A DNA stretch of 64,000 nt from a bacterium (GCA_024711295.1 JANJTB010000002.1:78223-142222), one strand, 5' to 3'; counted from the stretch's first letter, positions 8,735-19,916 are shown. The notes: generated from the sequence alone by a model not told the origin. Numbers and translations are program-made.

Positions 8735-10168
8735 TTAATAGCGGTATGTAACACCAATGCTCATATTTAAAGGACTTCGGTTAATCACAAAATTAGCATA
8801 ATTTTCTAAATCAGCTGAAGTTTTGAAGTTTGTCCTTTGCTCGGAATAGTCAACAAATCTAAACACACCATCAATTCGTACTTTTTGACCAACATATATA
8901 CCCCCGCCAATTGAGAAATTAGTAATGTTGGCATTTGGTATATCAACCTGATAAGGTGAAGTTGTTCGTGAATAACTCGCTCTGGCAACAATTGGAACCA
9001 AAGGTATATCGTACTCTAAACCAAATCCCCAGGTAGTTCTGCCCACAAGCTCAAGCATAATTCTGTTATTTAGTGCCATTACTTCAGGTATAGCATCACT
9101 AAACTTGAGTTGAGTATCATCTGAATATTGCACTCCTGCTGCAAATGTGAGACCTTCACCGTGAATTGACAAGCCAGCACTGTAAACAAATGGAGTACGG
9201 AGGTTATATGAATTATTTCCACTATACTTGTAGAATTCATGATTATGACCGGATCTGTAATATGCCTCGTAATTTGCATCAAATTTTTCGTCAACTTGAT
9301 ACCATGTCGGAGATTTGATGGATATCCCAAATCTCAAAAAATTATCAAGTCTAGCTTGTAATCCGATTGAGAGACTAATTCCGGATACGCTTTGCATCAG
9401 GTTTTCTTGGGATTTTAGTCTGTCAAATACTCTGCCTTCAATATTCGTGTTAGCATATTTTCCTAACAAATCCGATTCAGTAAAATTTTTGTTGTAAGAA
9501 TAATTTCCCCACTTACCAATTAAACCAAATCCTAATGAAACAAATTCACTTACATCAAAAGATGCACCACCACTGAGGTTATGAAGGCCACCATTCTCTG
9601 CAATAAAACTATTCTGGTGAAGACTATCCATATATGGTGTTGCAAAACTAATGTTATTTCCGGTACCTACATTATCTGATAAATATAGCTTATAAGCCCA
9701 ATTATCGTTTAAATTACGGGGACCAAAGTTGGTTTCTGACGCAATATAAGAAGTTTTATCATTAAAACCATTAAAAAGTATATTGCTGGAATAATCATCT
9801 TCCAGGAAATATCCTATTGCGATTGCTGCTTTAGTATCATCAAATTTTACAGGTATAGCTATACCTGCATGAGTTACGTATTCATTGTTTGAATTAAGTA
9901 AACTATTAACATTCAGATAATTAGCATCTATTGAATTTCTGGTAAATCCAATACCAAATGATAATTCAGATTTCCCGATTAATGTCAAACCGGCAGGATT
10001 GAAATATAATGAACTTATATCATCAGATATTCCGTGGAATGCAACATTGAGAGCTGCAGCTCTTGGAGTTATTACCCCATTTGAATGAGAATATCTCAAA
10101 GCATCCTCGATATACTGAGAGTATAAGCTAGAATATGCAAATATTAAGAATAAAATCAATCTTTTCAT
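8735..10168 (-). CDS. OmpP1/FadL-like outer-membrane beta-barrel protein
   Basis: Signal peptide, DALRYS, DISSLYFNPAGL, GISIKSPTWY, C-terminal IGVTYRY beta-signal. Confidence 0.75.
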   Translation of the reverse strand: MKRLILFLIFAYSSLYSQYIEDALRYSHSNGVITPRAAALNVAFHGISDDISSLYFNPAGLTLIGKSELSFGIGFTRNSIDANYLNVNSLLNSNNEYVTHAGIAIPVKFDDTKAAIAIGYFLEDDYSSNILFNGFNDKTSYIASETNFGPRNLNDNWAYKLYLSDNVGTGNNISFATPYMDSLHQNSFIAENGGLHNLSGGASFDVSEFVSLGFGLIGKWGNYSYNKNFTESDLLGKYANTNIEGRVFDRLKSQENLMQSVSGISLSIGLQARLDNFLRFGISIKSPTWYQVDEKFDANYEAYYRSGHNHEFYKYSGNNSYNLRTPFVYSAGLSIHGEGLTFAAGVQYSDDTQLKFSDAIPEVMALNNRIMLELVGRTTWGFGLEYDIPLVPIVARASYSRTTSPYQVDIPNANITNFSIGGGIYVGQKVRIDGVFRFVDYSEQRTNFKTSADLENYANFVINRSPLNMSIGVTYRY

Positions 10169-10171
10169 AAG

Positions 10172-11218
10172 TTACCTCGTTCTGCCACTACCTGAACTAC
10201 TACCGGAAGAAGAACCTCTTCCTGATGAACTTCCTGAGCTACTGCCGGATGATGAACCTCTTCCTGATGAGCTCCCGGAAGAACTACCGGATGATCCTGA
10301 CTCATAACTTGGACCCCTTGAATTTGAAGATGAACCTGATGATGAAGATGATGATCCTCTACCGCTGCTTGAATTGTTGTCATAACCGTTGTTTGAAGTT
10401 CTGAAAACATTTCCGGCAGGAGATGTATTTCTTTCAGGCGTTCTTACAGAACTACTACTTGAGGTGTTGCCAGGTTTAAAAGTTTTAGATTCACTTCTTG
10501 AAGAAGAAGTGGAACTGACACCGGCGCTATTATCCGAAGATATAACCCGATTAGAGCTTGTTCTAAAAATATTGTTGCTGCTGGAAGTTGTTCCCCTCTG
10601 CGATGAAGTTTCTATACGACCTGAGCTAGTTACACCAGAGGTGGTTCTACCTCTGTCTGAACTTGTTGTGACATTTCTGTTGCTAGAAGTATATGAATAT
10701 GAGCCGCGATTATTCCCAAAACTTCTATAAGTATTGTTCTGAACGGGACGGTCACTTCTTGAGTAAATAGGTTGTTGATACCAGTGATGGTGATGTCCGG
10801 TATATCTCGGACCCCAATAATAACCATACCACGGGTGATAGGTGTACCATGGAGAATACCAATCAAAGCCCCAGCAATTTGAATATATCATAGTTATATG
10901 GCTACCAGGGAAAGGATATGACACCCAACCATGGTAATGATTCCACCATGGAACTATTACAGGAACGAAAACAGGTGGATTATATCTGTAAGAATTATCT
11001 GAATAAACAAACCCATTGGTAACATTATTTGAATTGCTACCCATAGGATTTACCCATCCCGATGAATTATCATAATTATAATCTTCCTCTGCGGGTTTTG
11101 TTTCTTTGTATTCTGGTTTGTTGTTGTAACCAAAATAATTATTTGTATTAGTAGAACTACAAGAATATAATGATACTAATACTATTGATAATGATAAAAT
11201 TGATAATATCTTTTTCAT
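10172..11218 (-). CDS. Lipoprotein with Tyr/Trp/Pro-rich core and Ser/Gly/Arg low-complexity tail
   Basis: MKKILS...LYSC lipobox; GGAGG RBS supports start 11218; (GSSS)n tail; directly upstream of the barrel gene. Confidence 0.75.
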   Translation of the reverse strand: MKKILSILSLSIVLVSLYSCSSTNTNNYFGYNNKPEYKETKPAEEDYNYDNSSGWVNPMGSNSNNVTNGFVYSDNSYRYNPPVFVPVIVPWWNHYHGWVSYPFPGSHITMIYSNCWGFDWYSPWYTYHPWYGYYWGPRYTGHHHHWYQQPIYSRSDRPVQNNTYRSFGNNRGSYSYTSSNRNVTTSSDRGRTTSGVTSSGRIETSSQRGTTSSSNNIFRTSSNRVISSDNSAGVSSTSSSRSESKTFKPGNTSSSSSVRTPERNTSPAGNVFRTSNNGYDNNSSSGRGSSSSSSGSSSNSRGPSYESGSSGSSSGSSSGRGSSSGSSSGSSSGRGSSSGSSSGSGRTR

Positions 11219-11428
11219 GACAACCTCCAATTCTCTTTTTTAAGTAAAACGAAGAACTCTCAATATTGTTACAATATTTGTGTCAATTATTTGAATAACA
11301 GTTTAAAAAAAAACAATACTAATAAAATAGTATGTATTATATTTGAAAAGATTAATTTTTTACAATTTAAAAGATATTTTTTACAAGCATTTATTAATTA
11401 TTTATAAATAATTTTTTAGGGGAATATA

Positions 11429-12310
11429 ATGAAAATTAACACAGTTTTGGTTCTTGGTGCAGGTACTATGGGTAATGGTATAGCTCATACTTTTGCACAA
11501 TCAGGTTATAAGGTATTTATGAGTGATATAAATCAAGCTGCTCTTGATAAAGGATTTAATACAATTAAATCCAATATGGAAAGACAACTAAAAAAGGGCA
11601 TTATCACTGAAGATAACATGACCAATTCACTATCCAAAATTACTCTCACAACTGATATTTCTGAAGCTTCAGATGCTGATTTAGTTGTTGAAGCAGCTAC
11701 TGAGAATAAAGAAATCAAATTTAAAATATTTAGACATTTAGATGAGGTGATCAAACCTGAGGCAATTTTAGCAAGTAATACCTCAACTATATCAATAACT
11801 GAAATTGCTTCACAGACCAACAGGCCATCGCAGGTTATTGGTATGCACTTCATGAATCCTGTTCCAATGATGAAGTTAGTTGAAGTAATTAACGGGCTTA
11901 ATACAAATAATGGTGTTTATGAATTAATAATTTCAACTTGCAAGGATTTGGGAAAAACTCCTGTTACATCAAATGATTATCCCGGATTTATATCAAATAG
12001 AATTCTTTTACCATTTATTAATGAGGCAGTATATGCACTTATGGAAAATGTAGGCACTGTTGATGGTATTGATGAAGTAGCTAAGCTTGGATTTGCTCAC
12101 CCGATGGGACCATTATTTTTAGCTGATTTAATTGGCCTAGATACATGTTTGGCAATACTGGAAGTACTGCATAATGATTTAGGTGATTCAAAATATCGTC
12201 CTTGTCCTTTATTAAAAAAGGTTGTAGCTGCTGGTCACTATGGACGCAAGAATGGAAAAGGATTTTATGATTACAGCGGTGAAAAACCAACACCTTTTAA
12301 ATTCCATTAA
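11429..12310 (+). CDS. hbd: 3-hydroxybutyryl-CoA dehydrogenase
   Basis: [49 protein letters not shown]. Confidence 0.93.
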   Translation: MKINTVLVLGAGTMGNGIAHTFAQSGYKVFMSDINQAALDKGFNTIKSNMERQLKKGIITEDNMTNSLSKITLTTDISEASDADLVVEAATENKEIKFKIFRHLDEVIKPEAILASNTSTISITEIASQTNRPSQVIGMHFMNPVPMMKLVEVINGLNTNNGVYELIISTCKDLGKTPVTSNDYPGFISNRILLPFINEAVYALMENVGTVDGIDEVAKLGFAHPMGPLFLADLIGLDTCLAILEVLHNDLGDSKYRPCPLLKKVVAAGHYGRKNGKGFYDYSGEKPTPFKFH

Positions 12311-12332
12311 AAGATCATTGTATATATAAATG

Positions 12333-12364
12333 TAAAAGCCACTTTATTGCTAAAGTGGCTTTTA
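12333..12364. terminator. Bidirectional terminator between convergent genes
   Basis: TAAAAGCCACTTTA/TAAAGTGGCTTTTA inverted repeat. Confidence 0.7.
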
Positions 12365-12376
12365 GTTAAAAAAGAA

Positions 12377-12469
12377 TTATTTCCTTTTTTTATGACGATT
12401 CTTGCGAAGTCTTTTTTTCCTCTTGTGAGTCGCCATTTTGTGACGTTTTTTCTTTTTACCGCAGGGCAT
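12377..12469 (-). CDS. Small basic protein, AURKAIP1/COX24 (bS22/mS38-like) family, 30 aa
   Basis: Translated by hand: MPCGKKKKRHKMATHKRKKRLRKNRHKKRK; GGAG RBS upstream; not in the ORF track. Confidence 0.85.
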   Translation of the reverse strand: MPCGKKKKRHKMATHKRKKRLRKNRHKKRK

Positions 12470-12576
12470 TTCAGAACTCCAATTAAAATTAATGATTTAG
12501 CTTAAAACAAGTTTGCAAATATAAGGTATTCTAATCAATTAATCAAAAAATAATTGAGTAATTGAAGCAATTTATC

Positions 12577-12870
12577 TTAACCCTGTGTTTTTAAAGATTC
12601 ATTTACTTTATTCAAAAATTCGGGTGATGGCTTGAAAACAGGAACAAATCTTGTTTCTAAAGGAACCAGTTCACCTGACTTTGGATTACGAGCCATTCTT
12701 GGTTTACGGCTTTTATGTTTAAAAACGCCAAATCCTCTTAATTCAATTCGCTTGCCTGATGTAATAGCATTAATAATGCTACTGAATACACCATCAACTA
12801 CTGCTTTTGTTTCGATTTTGGTCAATCCTGTTGATTTTGAAATTTCGTCAACAATATCAGCTTTAGTCAT
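12577..12870 (-). CDS. HU/IHF-family DNA-binding protein
   Basis: MTKADIV, IELRGFGVF, ARNPKSGE, PVFKP; start moved to ATG 12870. Confidence 0.93.
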   Translation of the reverse strand: MTKADIVDEISKSTGLTKIETKAVVDGVFSSIINAITSGKRIELRGFGVFKHKSRKPRMARNPKSGELVPLETRFVPVFKPSPEFLNKVNESLKTQG

Positions 12871-13138
12871 ATTTTTATAACCTGTAATTAATATAAACAA
12901 CTTTTTTGTAATTTTCACTATTAAAGAATTCAAATTTACAAATAAGTTACGAGTTAAAAAATATTTTTTTAAATATTTATTTTTTCTAACCTATTGTATT
13001 TTAACAATATTTTTATTATGAACAATAATATTTTAAGTTTAAATTTTAAAATTTTTCGTATATTTATTAATTGTAATTTAACAAATTTAAAATTTGTGTT
13101 TTGTTATTTTATGTAACTTATATTGGAGAATATTTAAA

Positions 13139-14080
13139 ATGAAAGTTACCGTTATCGGTGCAGGAAATGTTGGAGCAACCAGTGCCCAAATGCTGGCTAA
13201 TAAAGAATTAGCCAACGAAGTTTATCTTGTTGATATCCTTGATGGTATTGCAAAAGGCAAAGCATTGGATATGTATGAATCAATGCCGATTTTACAATCT
13301 GATTCTCGAATTTATGGAACTTCAGATTATTCAGAAACCGCAAATTCTGACATAGTCATTATTACTGCAGGACTTGCTCGTAAGCCCGGAATGACAAGAG
13401 ATGACTTGTTGGTCAAGAATGCTGCTATCGTATCATCTTGTGCAACTCAAGCTGTCAAGTACTCACCAAATGCTTATTTCATTGTTGTTTCAAATCCTCT
13501 TGATGTAATGACTTATGTAACATTAAAAGTAACCGGTCTGCCTAAACACAAAGTAATTGGGATGGCGGGCATTTTAGATACAGCTCGTTACAGGTCATTT
13601 ATTTCTATGGAAACAGGATATTCGATGAAAGATATTCAAGCTCAATTATTAGGAGGTCATGGAGATACTATGGTTCCTCTTCCTAGATTTACTACCGTAG
13701 CCGGTATACCCGTAACCGATTTAATTTCGAAAGAAAGGCTTGATTCAATTGTTGAAAGAGCTAAAAATGGCGGTATCGAAATTGTTAATTACCTTCAAAC
13801 AGGTTCAGCGTATTATGCTCCCGGTACTGCTGCGGTAGAAATGGCTGAAGCAATTATTAAAGACCAGAAAAGAGTATTGCCTTGTACTGTATTATTGGAA
13901 GGAGAATATGGTATTTCTGACGTTTGTGTTGGGGTACCAATTAAGCTTGGTAAAAATGGAATTGAGCAAATTATTGAGCTGAAATTAAATGCTGAAGAAA
14001 AGTCAATGTTTGATAATTCGGCAGAACACGTTAAGAAAACTATTCAACAAGCTATGGAATTGATAGCAAAACAACAATAA
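13139..14080 (+). CDS. mdh: Malate dehydrogenase
   Basis: IGAGNVG, TAGLARKPGMTRDDL, GMAGILDTAR, LGGHGD; start moved to ATG 13139. Confidence 0.96.
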   Translation: MKVTVIGAGNVGATSAQMLANKELANEVYLVDILDGIAKGKALDMYESMPILQSDSRIYGTSDYSETANSDIVIITAGLARKPGMTRDDLLVKNAAIVSSCATQAVKYSPNAYFIVVSNPLDVMTYVTLKVTGLPKHKVIGMAGILDTARYRSFISMETGYSMKDIQAQLLGGHGDTMVPLPRFTTVAGIPVTDLISKERLDSIVERAKNGGIEIVNYLQTGSAYYAPGTAAVEMAEAIIKDQKRVLPCTVLLEGEYGISDVCVGVPIKLGKNGIEQIIELKLNAEEKSMFDNSAEHVKKTIQQAMELIAKQQ

Positions 14081-14102
14081 TTACATACAATATTTATTAA
14101 CT

Positions 14103-14156
14103 GACCACTAAGTTTAAGATTTATTAGTCTTTATATGCTTAGTGGTCTTTGTTTTT
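14103..14156 (+). terminator. Hairpin/terminator after mdh
   Basis: GACCACTAAG/CTTAGTGGTC stem with a long loop, followed by a T-rich run. Confidence 0.5.
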
Positions 14157-14218
14157 TGAAATAAAATTCAAATAATTTAAGCATCCATTTTTTAAAATTG
14201 TTTTTTGAGAAGAAATTT

Positions 14219-16051
14219 ATGTGTGGAATTATTGGTTATATAGGTGAAAAAAGAGTTTCAGGCATTTTGATGAATGGTTTGAAGCGTATGGAGTATCGAG
14301 GATATGACTCTGCGGGATTATCAATAATAGAAAATGATAGAATCAAAACCATTAAAAAGAAGGGGAAGGTATCTGAACTCGAAAATTTGGTTGATCATTC
14401 AGCAGTAAGTGCAACTATTGGAATAGCTCATACAAGGTGGGCAACCCACGGATTTCCAAACGATATTAACGCTCACCCTCATCATGACAATTCTAATTCC
14501 ATAAGCATTGTACACAATGGTATTATAGAAAATTATTCTTCGCTAAAAACAAAGTTGAAAAGTGATGGCTATACTTTCTACTCTGATACTGATACTGAAG
14601 TGCTTGCTGTATTTATTGGCTCAATTTACGAAAAAGTAAAGGACTTAGAAAGTGCTGTGCGATTGGCACTTCGTGAAGTTGATGGTACATTTGGTTTACT
14701 TGTATTATCAACTCACGAACCTGAAAAGATAATTGCTGCCAGACGTGGTTCACCTTTGCTTCTAGGTGTAGGCAACAATGAGTATTTGATTGCTTCTGAT
14801 GCAGCAGCAGTGATTCAATACACAAAACAGGTTATTTATTTCAACGATAATGAAATATGTACAATCAGCAAAGATGGTTACCACATAAAAACTATAGACA
14901 ACGAAGAAGCAGCCCCAATAATTGAAGAAATTGAATTTGACCTTGAACATATTGAAAAAGGTGGATTTGACCATTTCATGTTAAAGGAGATTTTCGAACA
15001 ACCCGAAACAATTTTTGATGCATTCAGAGGGCGCTTACTTATTGATGAAGGTGACGTAAAGTTAGGTGGTCTTAGAACAATAATGGAATCTTTACGGGAT
15101 GCCAATAGGATTATTATTACTGCATGCGGTACATCTTACCATTCAGGATTAGTAGGAGAGTATATGATTGAATCTTTGGCAGGAATACCTGTCGAGGTTG
15201 AATATGCTTCAGAATTTAGATATAGAAATCCAATTATTGGTAAAAATGATGTAGTCTTCTCGATTTCGCAGAGTGGAGAAACAGCTGATACACTGGCAGC
15301 TGTTAAAGAAGCCAAGAAAAAAGGTGCAACTGTTATGGGTATAGTGAATGTTGTAGGAAGTTCGATTGCAAGAGAAACCCATGGTGGAATTTATATTCAT
15401 GCCGGGCCTGAGATTGGAGTGGCATCAACAAAAGCTTTTACCTCTCAAATTACGGTTCTTAGTTTGATTGCTCTCATGCTTGGAAGAATGAAGAAGTTAT
15501 CTAAGTACGAAGGTCAGTTAATTGCTAAAGAACTCATTAATATACCTGAAAAAATAAAACAGATTCTGGAATTAACCGACGAGATTAAGATTATTGCCAA
15601 TAAGTATTCAAATGCTAGAAATTTCTTATACTTAGGTAGGGGTTATAATTTCCCGGTTGCTCTCGAAGGTGCTTTGAAACTGAAGGAAATATCGTATATT
15701 CATGCAGAGGGTTATCCTGCAGCTGAAATGAAACATGGACCTATTGCTCTGATTGACGAGAATATGCCTGTTGTTGTTATAGCAACCAAAGATGAGATTT
15801 ACGAAAAGGTATTTTCAAATATTGAAGAAGTAAGAGCACGAAAAGGTAAAGTTATTACAATTGCGAATATTGGGGATGAGAAGATTAGGGATGTTTCTGA
15901 CCATGTTATATATATTCCTGAGACAATTCCTTTATTGACTCCATTATTGACAGTGGTTCCACTTCAATTGTTGTCTTATTATATAGCTTTGAACCTTAAT
16001 TGTGATATTGACAAGCCAAGAAATTTGGCGAAAAGTGTGACAGTAGAATAA
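14219..16051 (+). CDS. glmS: Glutamine--fructose-6-phosphate aminotransferase
   Basis: MCGIIG N-terminus, EYRGYDSAG, HTRWATHG, SQSGETADT, PRNLAKSVTVE; start moved to ATG 14219. Confidence 0.98.
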   Translation: MCGIIGYIGEKRVSGILMNGLKRMEYRGYDSAGLSIIENDRIKTIKKKGKVSELENLVDHSAVSATIGIAHTRWATHGFPNDINAHPHHDNSNSISIVHNGIIENYSSLKTKLKSDGYTFYSDTDTEVLAVFIGSIYEKVKDLESAVRLALREVDGTFGLLVLSTHEPEKIIAARRGSPLLLGVGNNEYLIASDAAAVIQYTKQVIYFNDNEICTISKDGYHIKTIDNEEAAPIIEEIEFDLEHIEKGGFDHFMLKEIFEQPETIFDAFRGRLLIDEGDVKLGGLRTIMESLRDANRIIITACGTSYHSGLVGEYMIESLAGIPVEVEYASEFRYRNPIIGKNDVVFSISQSGETADTLAAVKEAKKKGATVMGIVNVVGSSIARETHGGIYIHAGPEIGVASTKAFTSQITVLSLIALMLGRMKKLSKYEGQLIAKELINIPEKIKQILELTDEIKIIANKYSNARNFLYLGRGYNFPVALEGALKLKEISYIHAEGYPAAEMKHGPIALIDENMPVVVIATKDEIYEKVFSNIEEVRARKGKVITIANIGDEKIRDVSDHVIYIPETIPLLTPLLTVVPLQLLSYYIALNLNCDIDKPRNLAKSVTVE

Positions 16052-16071
16052 CAAACTATTAGGTAATTTTT

Positions 16072-17343
16072 ATGAAAGTTTCTGTGTTAGGATTAGGTTA
16101 TGTAGGATTGCCACTTGCATGCGCAATAGCAAAGCTTACTGACCATGAAGTTGTTGGATACGATGAGAGTCAGAATAAAGTTGCTCAAATAAATAATAAA
16201 CTGTGCCCGATTGATGATGTACAATGTGCTGACGATTTGAAGGTTGTTGATTTTAAATGTTCGAGCAATTCTGAGATTATCGAAAATTCAGATATTTATA
16301 TTGTATGCGTCCCAACCCCTGTGCTTAATGATTATACTCCTGATCTTAGTCCGGTCAAGAGTGCTACTGAAACTATAGCTAAATATCTAAAAACAGGACA
16401 AAGTGTGATAATTGAGTCAACAATTAATCCCGGGGTTTGCGATGAAATAGTTGTTCCCATACTCGAAAAAATGACTGATATGAGGGCGGGAACAGATTTT
16501 GATGTTGCTCATTGTCCTGAAAGGATTAATCCTGGTGATCCCGTCTGGAATGTATATAACATCCCCAGAAATATCGGTTCGACTTCACCCGAAGCTACAA
16601 GGAGACTTGCAGAATTTTACAGAGAGTTTGTAAGTAACGAAATCAATGAAATGCCAAACCTCAAAACTGCTGAGGCAACAAAAATTATCGAAAATACTTT
16701 TAGAGATATCAACATAGCTTTTGTAAATGAGTTGGCAAAATCTTTTGATGTTCTGGGAATTGATTTAATCTCAGTAATTAAAGGTGCTTCAAATAAGCCA
16801 TTCGCATTTATGCCGCATTTTCCGAGTTGTGGTGTTGGTGGTCACTGTATCCCCGTTGACCCCTATTATTTAATTGAACGAGCAAAGCAAAGTGGATTTG
16901 ACCATAAATTTTTAAAACTTGCGCGTGAAATTAACAATTCTATGCCTGAATATACTATAGAGAAACTTATAGATGCATTAAATATAATTGAAAAACCGAT
17001 CAAAAATACTTCTATTGGATTACTTGGGCTCTCTTACAAAGCAAATGTTGGTGATATCAGAGAAAGCCCTTCAATAAAACTTAGAAATATTTTACTTGAA
17101 AAACAAGCTAATTTATTTATTTTTGACCCTTATTTCCCTGAAATGAGTAATGTTAAGTCATTAGATGAAATATTGGATAAATGTGATGCAATTTTGATTG
17201 CAACTGATCATAATGAGTTTAATGGGCTTTCCGCTGAATTGTTATTTGATAAAGGGGTAAAAGTTGTTGTTGACGGGAAAAATATGCTGGATAAATTTGA
17301 AATAACATCCAAAGGTATTTTATACAGGGGAATTGGTCACTAA
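16072..17343 (+). CDS. Nucleotide-sugar dehydrogenase (UDP-GlcNAc/ManNAc 6-dehydrogenase, WecC/WbpA-like)
   Basis: GLGYVGLP, CPERINPG, ENTFRDINIAF, GVGGHCIPVDP. Confidence 0.9.
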   Translation: MKVSVLGLGYVGLPLACAIAKLTDHEVVGYDESQNKVAQINNKLCPIDDVQCADDLKVVDFKCSSNSEIIENSDIYIVCVPTPVLNDYTPDLSPVKSATETIAKYLKTGQSVIIESTINPGVCDEIVVPILEKMTDMRAGTDFDVAHCPERINPGDPVWNVYNIPRNIGSTSPEATRRLAEFYREFVSNEINEMPNLKTAEATKIIENTFRDINIAFVNELAKSFDVLGIDLISVIKGASNKPFAFMPHFPSCGVGGHCIPVDPYYLIERAKQSGFDHKFLKLAREINNSMPEYTIEKLIDALNIIEKPIKNTSIGLLGLSYKANVGDIRESPSIKLRNILLEKQANLFIFDPYFPEMSNVKSLDEILDKCDAILIATDHNEFNGLSAELLFDKGVKVVVDGKNMLDKFEITSKGILYRGIGH

Positions 17344-17373
17344 TAAAAACATTGAATGAATTTATAATTATTC

Positions 17374-17409
17374 AAAAGGTATTAAATTGTATAATGTTTA
17401 ATACCTTTT
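17374..17409 (+). terminator. Terminator hairpin
   Basis: AAAAGGTATTAAA/TTTAATACCTTTT inverted repeat. Confidence 0.6.
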
Positions 17410-17655
17410 AATTTTTTTTCTCACACAAATCTTTTATGTATATTAGTATTGATAATATTTTTTAGACTTCAAAATAATCCATCGAATTATTTGAAATCGG
17501 CAAAAAGAACAGTAGCAACAAAAGGAATAATACTTTTTTCATGTTATTTACTATTTTTTATAATTGATTTGTAATTTCATATTGTCGAAAATAGTATTTT
17601 TTGGAAATATATCCAAAGGATTTATCCGGATTAATAATTGATATTTGAAATATTC

Positions 17656-17693
17656 AAAAAAAAAGCTGCATATATCTTTAACATGCAGCTTTT
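17656..17693 (-). terminator. Terminator after fbaB
   Basis: AAAAGCTGCAT/ATGCAGCTTTT stem with a U-tract on the minus strand. Confidence 0.65.
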
Positions 17694-17714
17694 AAAAACA
17701 ATTTAATTAAAATG

Positions 17715-18779
17715 TTAAGCTATTTCAATATCTTTACATAAATAAACGTCTTGAATTGTATTCAATAATTTAACTCCTTCGTCCATAGGTCTTTGGAAAG
17801 CTTTTCTACCTGAAATAAGACCTTGCCCACCTGCTCTTTTATTTATTACCGCAGTAGCTGTAGCTTCCGAAAAATCATTGTTTCCTGAAGCACCACCACT
17901 ATTAATCAATCCAATTTTACCCATATAACAATTGGCTACCTGATATCTGGTCAAATCGATTGGGTGGTCAGATGATAATTCTGTATAGATGCGTTTGTCA
18001 AATTTACCATAACTTGAATTGCCCATATTCAAAGAATTATAGCCACCGTTATTTTCAGGTAATTTTTGCTTAATAATATCGGCTTGTATTGTGACACCAA
18101 GGTGATTAGCCTGACCTGTTAGGTCGGCAGATACATGATAATCTTTGTCGGACTTGAAAGCATTATTACGTACATAACACCAAAGGACTGTTCCCATACC
18201 TAACTCATGAGCAAATTGAAAAGCTTCTGCAATTTCTACAATTTGTCTTGAACTTTCATCAGAACCAAAATAAATCGTTGCTCCGATAGCAGCGGCTCCC
18301 ATATCATAAGCCTGCTCAATTTTACCAAACAAAACCTGATCAAATTTATTTGGGTATGTAAGTAGTTCGTTATGATTGATTTTAACCATAAATGGAATTT
18401 TGTGTGCATACTTACGGGCGACTATTCCAAGTACTCCAAATGTAGAAGCAACAGCATTACATCCACCTTCTATTGCAAGTTTAACGATGTTTTCGGCATC
18501 AAAATAAATCGGATTTTTAGCAAAACTTGCTCCGGCAGAATGCTCAATACCCTGATCAACAGGAAGAATCGACATATATCCGGTACCTGCTAATCTGCCA
18601 TGATTATACATCCAGGTCAGATTACCAATAGTGCGGTTGTTTCTGTCGGAATTGATAAAAATTCTATCTACAAAATCGTTTCCCGGCAAATTTAACATTT
18701 CTTTATTAATCTTTGGGTTGTCAAACCCTAGCAAATATTCAGATTTTTCTCCTAAATACTCTTGAATTTTTGATAGCAT
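17715..18779 (-). CDS. fbaB: Class I fructose-bisphosphate aldolase
   Basis: [40 protein letters not shown]. Confidence 0.96.
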   Translation of the reverse strand: MLSKIQEYLGEKSEYLLGFDNPKINKEMLNLPGNDFVDRIFINSDRNNRTIGNLTWMYNHGRLAGTGYMSILPVDQGIEHSAGASFAKNPIYFDAENIVKLAIEGGCNAVASTFGVLGIVARKYAHKIPFMVKINHNELLTYPNKFDQVLFGKIEQAYDMGAAAIGATIYFGSDESSRQIVEIAEAFQFAHELGMGTVLWCYVRNNAFKSDKDYHVSADLTGQANHLGVTIQADIIKQKLPENNGGYNSLNMGNSSYGKFDKRIYTELSSDHPIDLTRYQVANCYMGKIGLINSGGASGNNDFSEATATAVINKRAGGQGLISGRKAFQRPMDEGVKLLNTIQDVYLCKDIEIA

Positions 18780-19046
18780 AATTACTCCAAATCAAAATTT
18801 AATATAATAATAAAAATAAGTCCGAAATAAATTAAATATATTTTCAAATTTACGGAAAATTCCAATTGTAAACTAATATTTTTTCATGAAAATAATTAAA
18901 TTTGAATATATTACTTAATTTGAAATCGAAAAATTCTATGTACATAACTTATAGTCTGAATTTCGACTAACCAAAAATAAATAATAATTCAAACTAATTT
19001 GCGTTAATACCCGAATTGAATTAGCAACAAATGAAAAACCTTTTTT

Positions 19047-19916
19047 ATGATTGAAATAAATATTAATTCTGAAACAGCTAAGTTAAAAAAAGTGATAGTT
19101 GGAATTGCAGATGATAGAGGAAATAAGGTACATGAAAACAATCCCAAAATTTCAAAATATCTAAAACAGGGGTCATTACCACCTGAATCTATTCTAAAGA
19201 AACAAGTTGATAATCTGGCTAATGTAATAGCTCGTTATGATGTAGAAGTATTACGTCCGGAAAATATAAAAAATCAGGATCAGATTTTTGCACGAGATAT
19301 CGCCTTTGCGATTGCTGATAAATTTGTTGTTTCGAATATGAAAAAAGAAAATCGTAAACCCGAGCAGGACGGTATTGAATATATTATAAATGATATTCAA
19401 CATGATAGAATTGTAAGAGTTCCTGAGGGTGCAACAATTGAGGGCGGCGATGTTTTAATTCACGGCAGGAAAATTTTTGTAGGTATAACAGAAAGAACAA
19501 ATTATTTAGGTTATGAGTTTATAAAAAACACTTTCAAAGATCATGAAGTGATCGCTTTTGAGATGATGTTATCAAGCAACCCTGCTACAAATATCTTACA
19601 CTTAGATTGCGCTTTTCAACCGGTGGGTGATAAGTATGCAATTGTTTATGAAGGTGGTTTTGTCAATAGACCAATTGAGCTTTATGACATTTTTGGCAGC
19701 AATAATATACTAAAAATAACACAGTTTGAAATGTATCACATGTTCCCTAATATTTTTTCAATATCACCTGATAAAGTGATATCGGACAAATCATTTTACA
19801 GAATGAATGAGGTATTGCACAGTATAGGAATTGATACAATTGAAATTGATTACCAAGAAGTTTGCAAATTAGGAGGACTTTTCAGATGCTCGACAATGCC
19901 TCTGATAAGAGATTAG
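19047..19916 (+). CDS. Amidinotransferase/arginine deiminase (pentein) family protein
   Basis: QIFARD, EGGDV, HLDC, GGLFRCSTMPL catalytic motifs. Confidence 0.85.
   Translation: MIEININSETAKLKKVIVGIADDRGNKVHENNPKISKYLKQGSLPPESILKKQVDNLANVIARYDVEVLRPENIKNQDQIFARDIAFAIADKFVVSNMKKENRKPEQDGIEYIINDIQHDRIVRVPEGATIEGGDVLIHGRKIFVGITERTNYLGYEFIKNTFKDHEVIAFEMMLSSNPATNILHLDCAFQPVGDKYAIVYEGGFVNRPIELYDIFGSNNILKITQFEMYHMFPNIFSISPDKVISDKSFYRMNEVLHSIGIDTIEIDYQEVCKLGGLFRCSTMPLIRD

Noticed and set aside
10165..10866. Alternative-frame ORFs over the Ser/Gly-rich lipoprotein
   Set aside because: By-products of low-complexity codon usage within a real gene.
14081..14218. glmS ribozyme upstream of glmS
   Set aside because: Short AT-rich gap with only a terminator-like hairpin; the conserved ribozyme core sequences are not visible.
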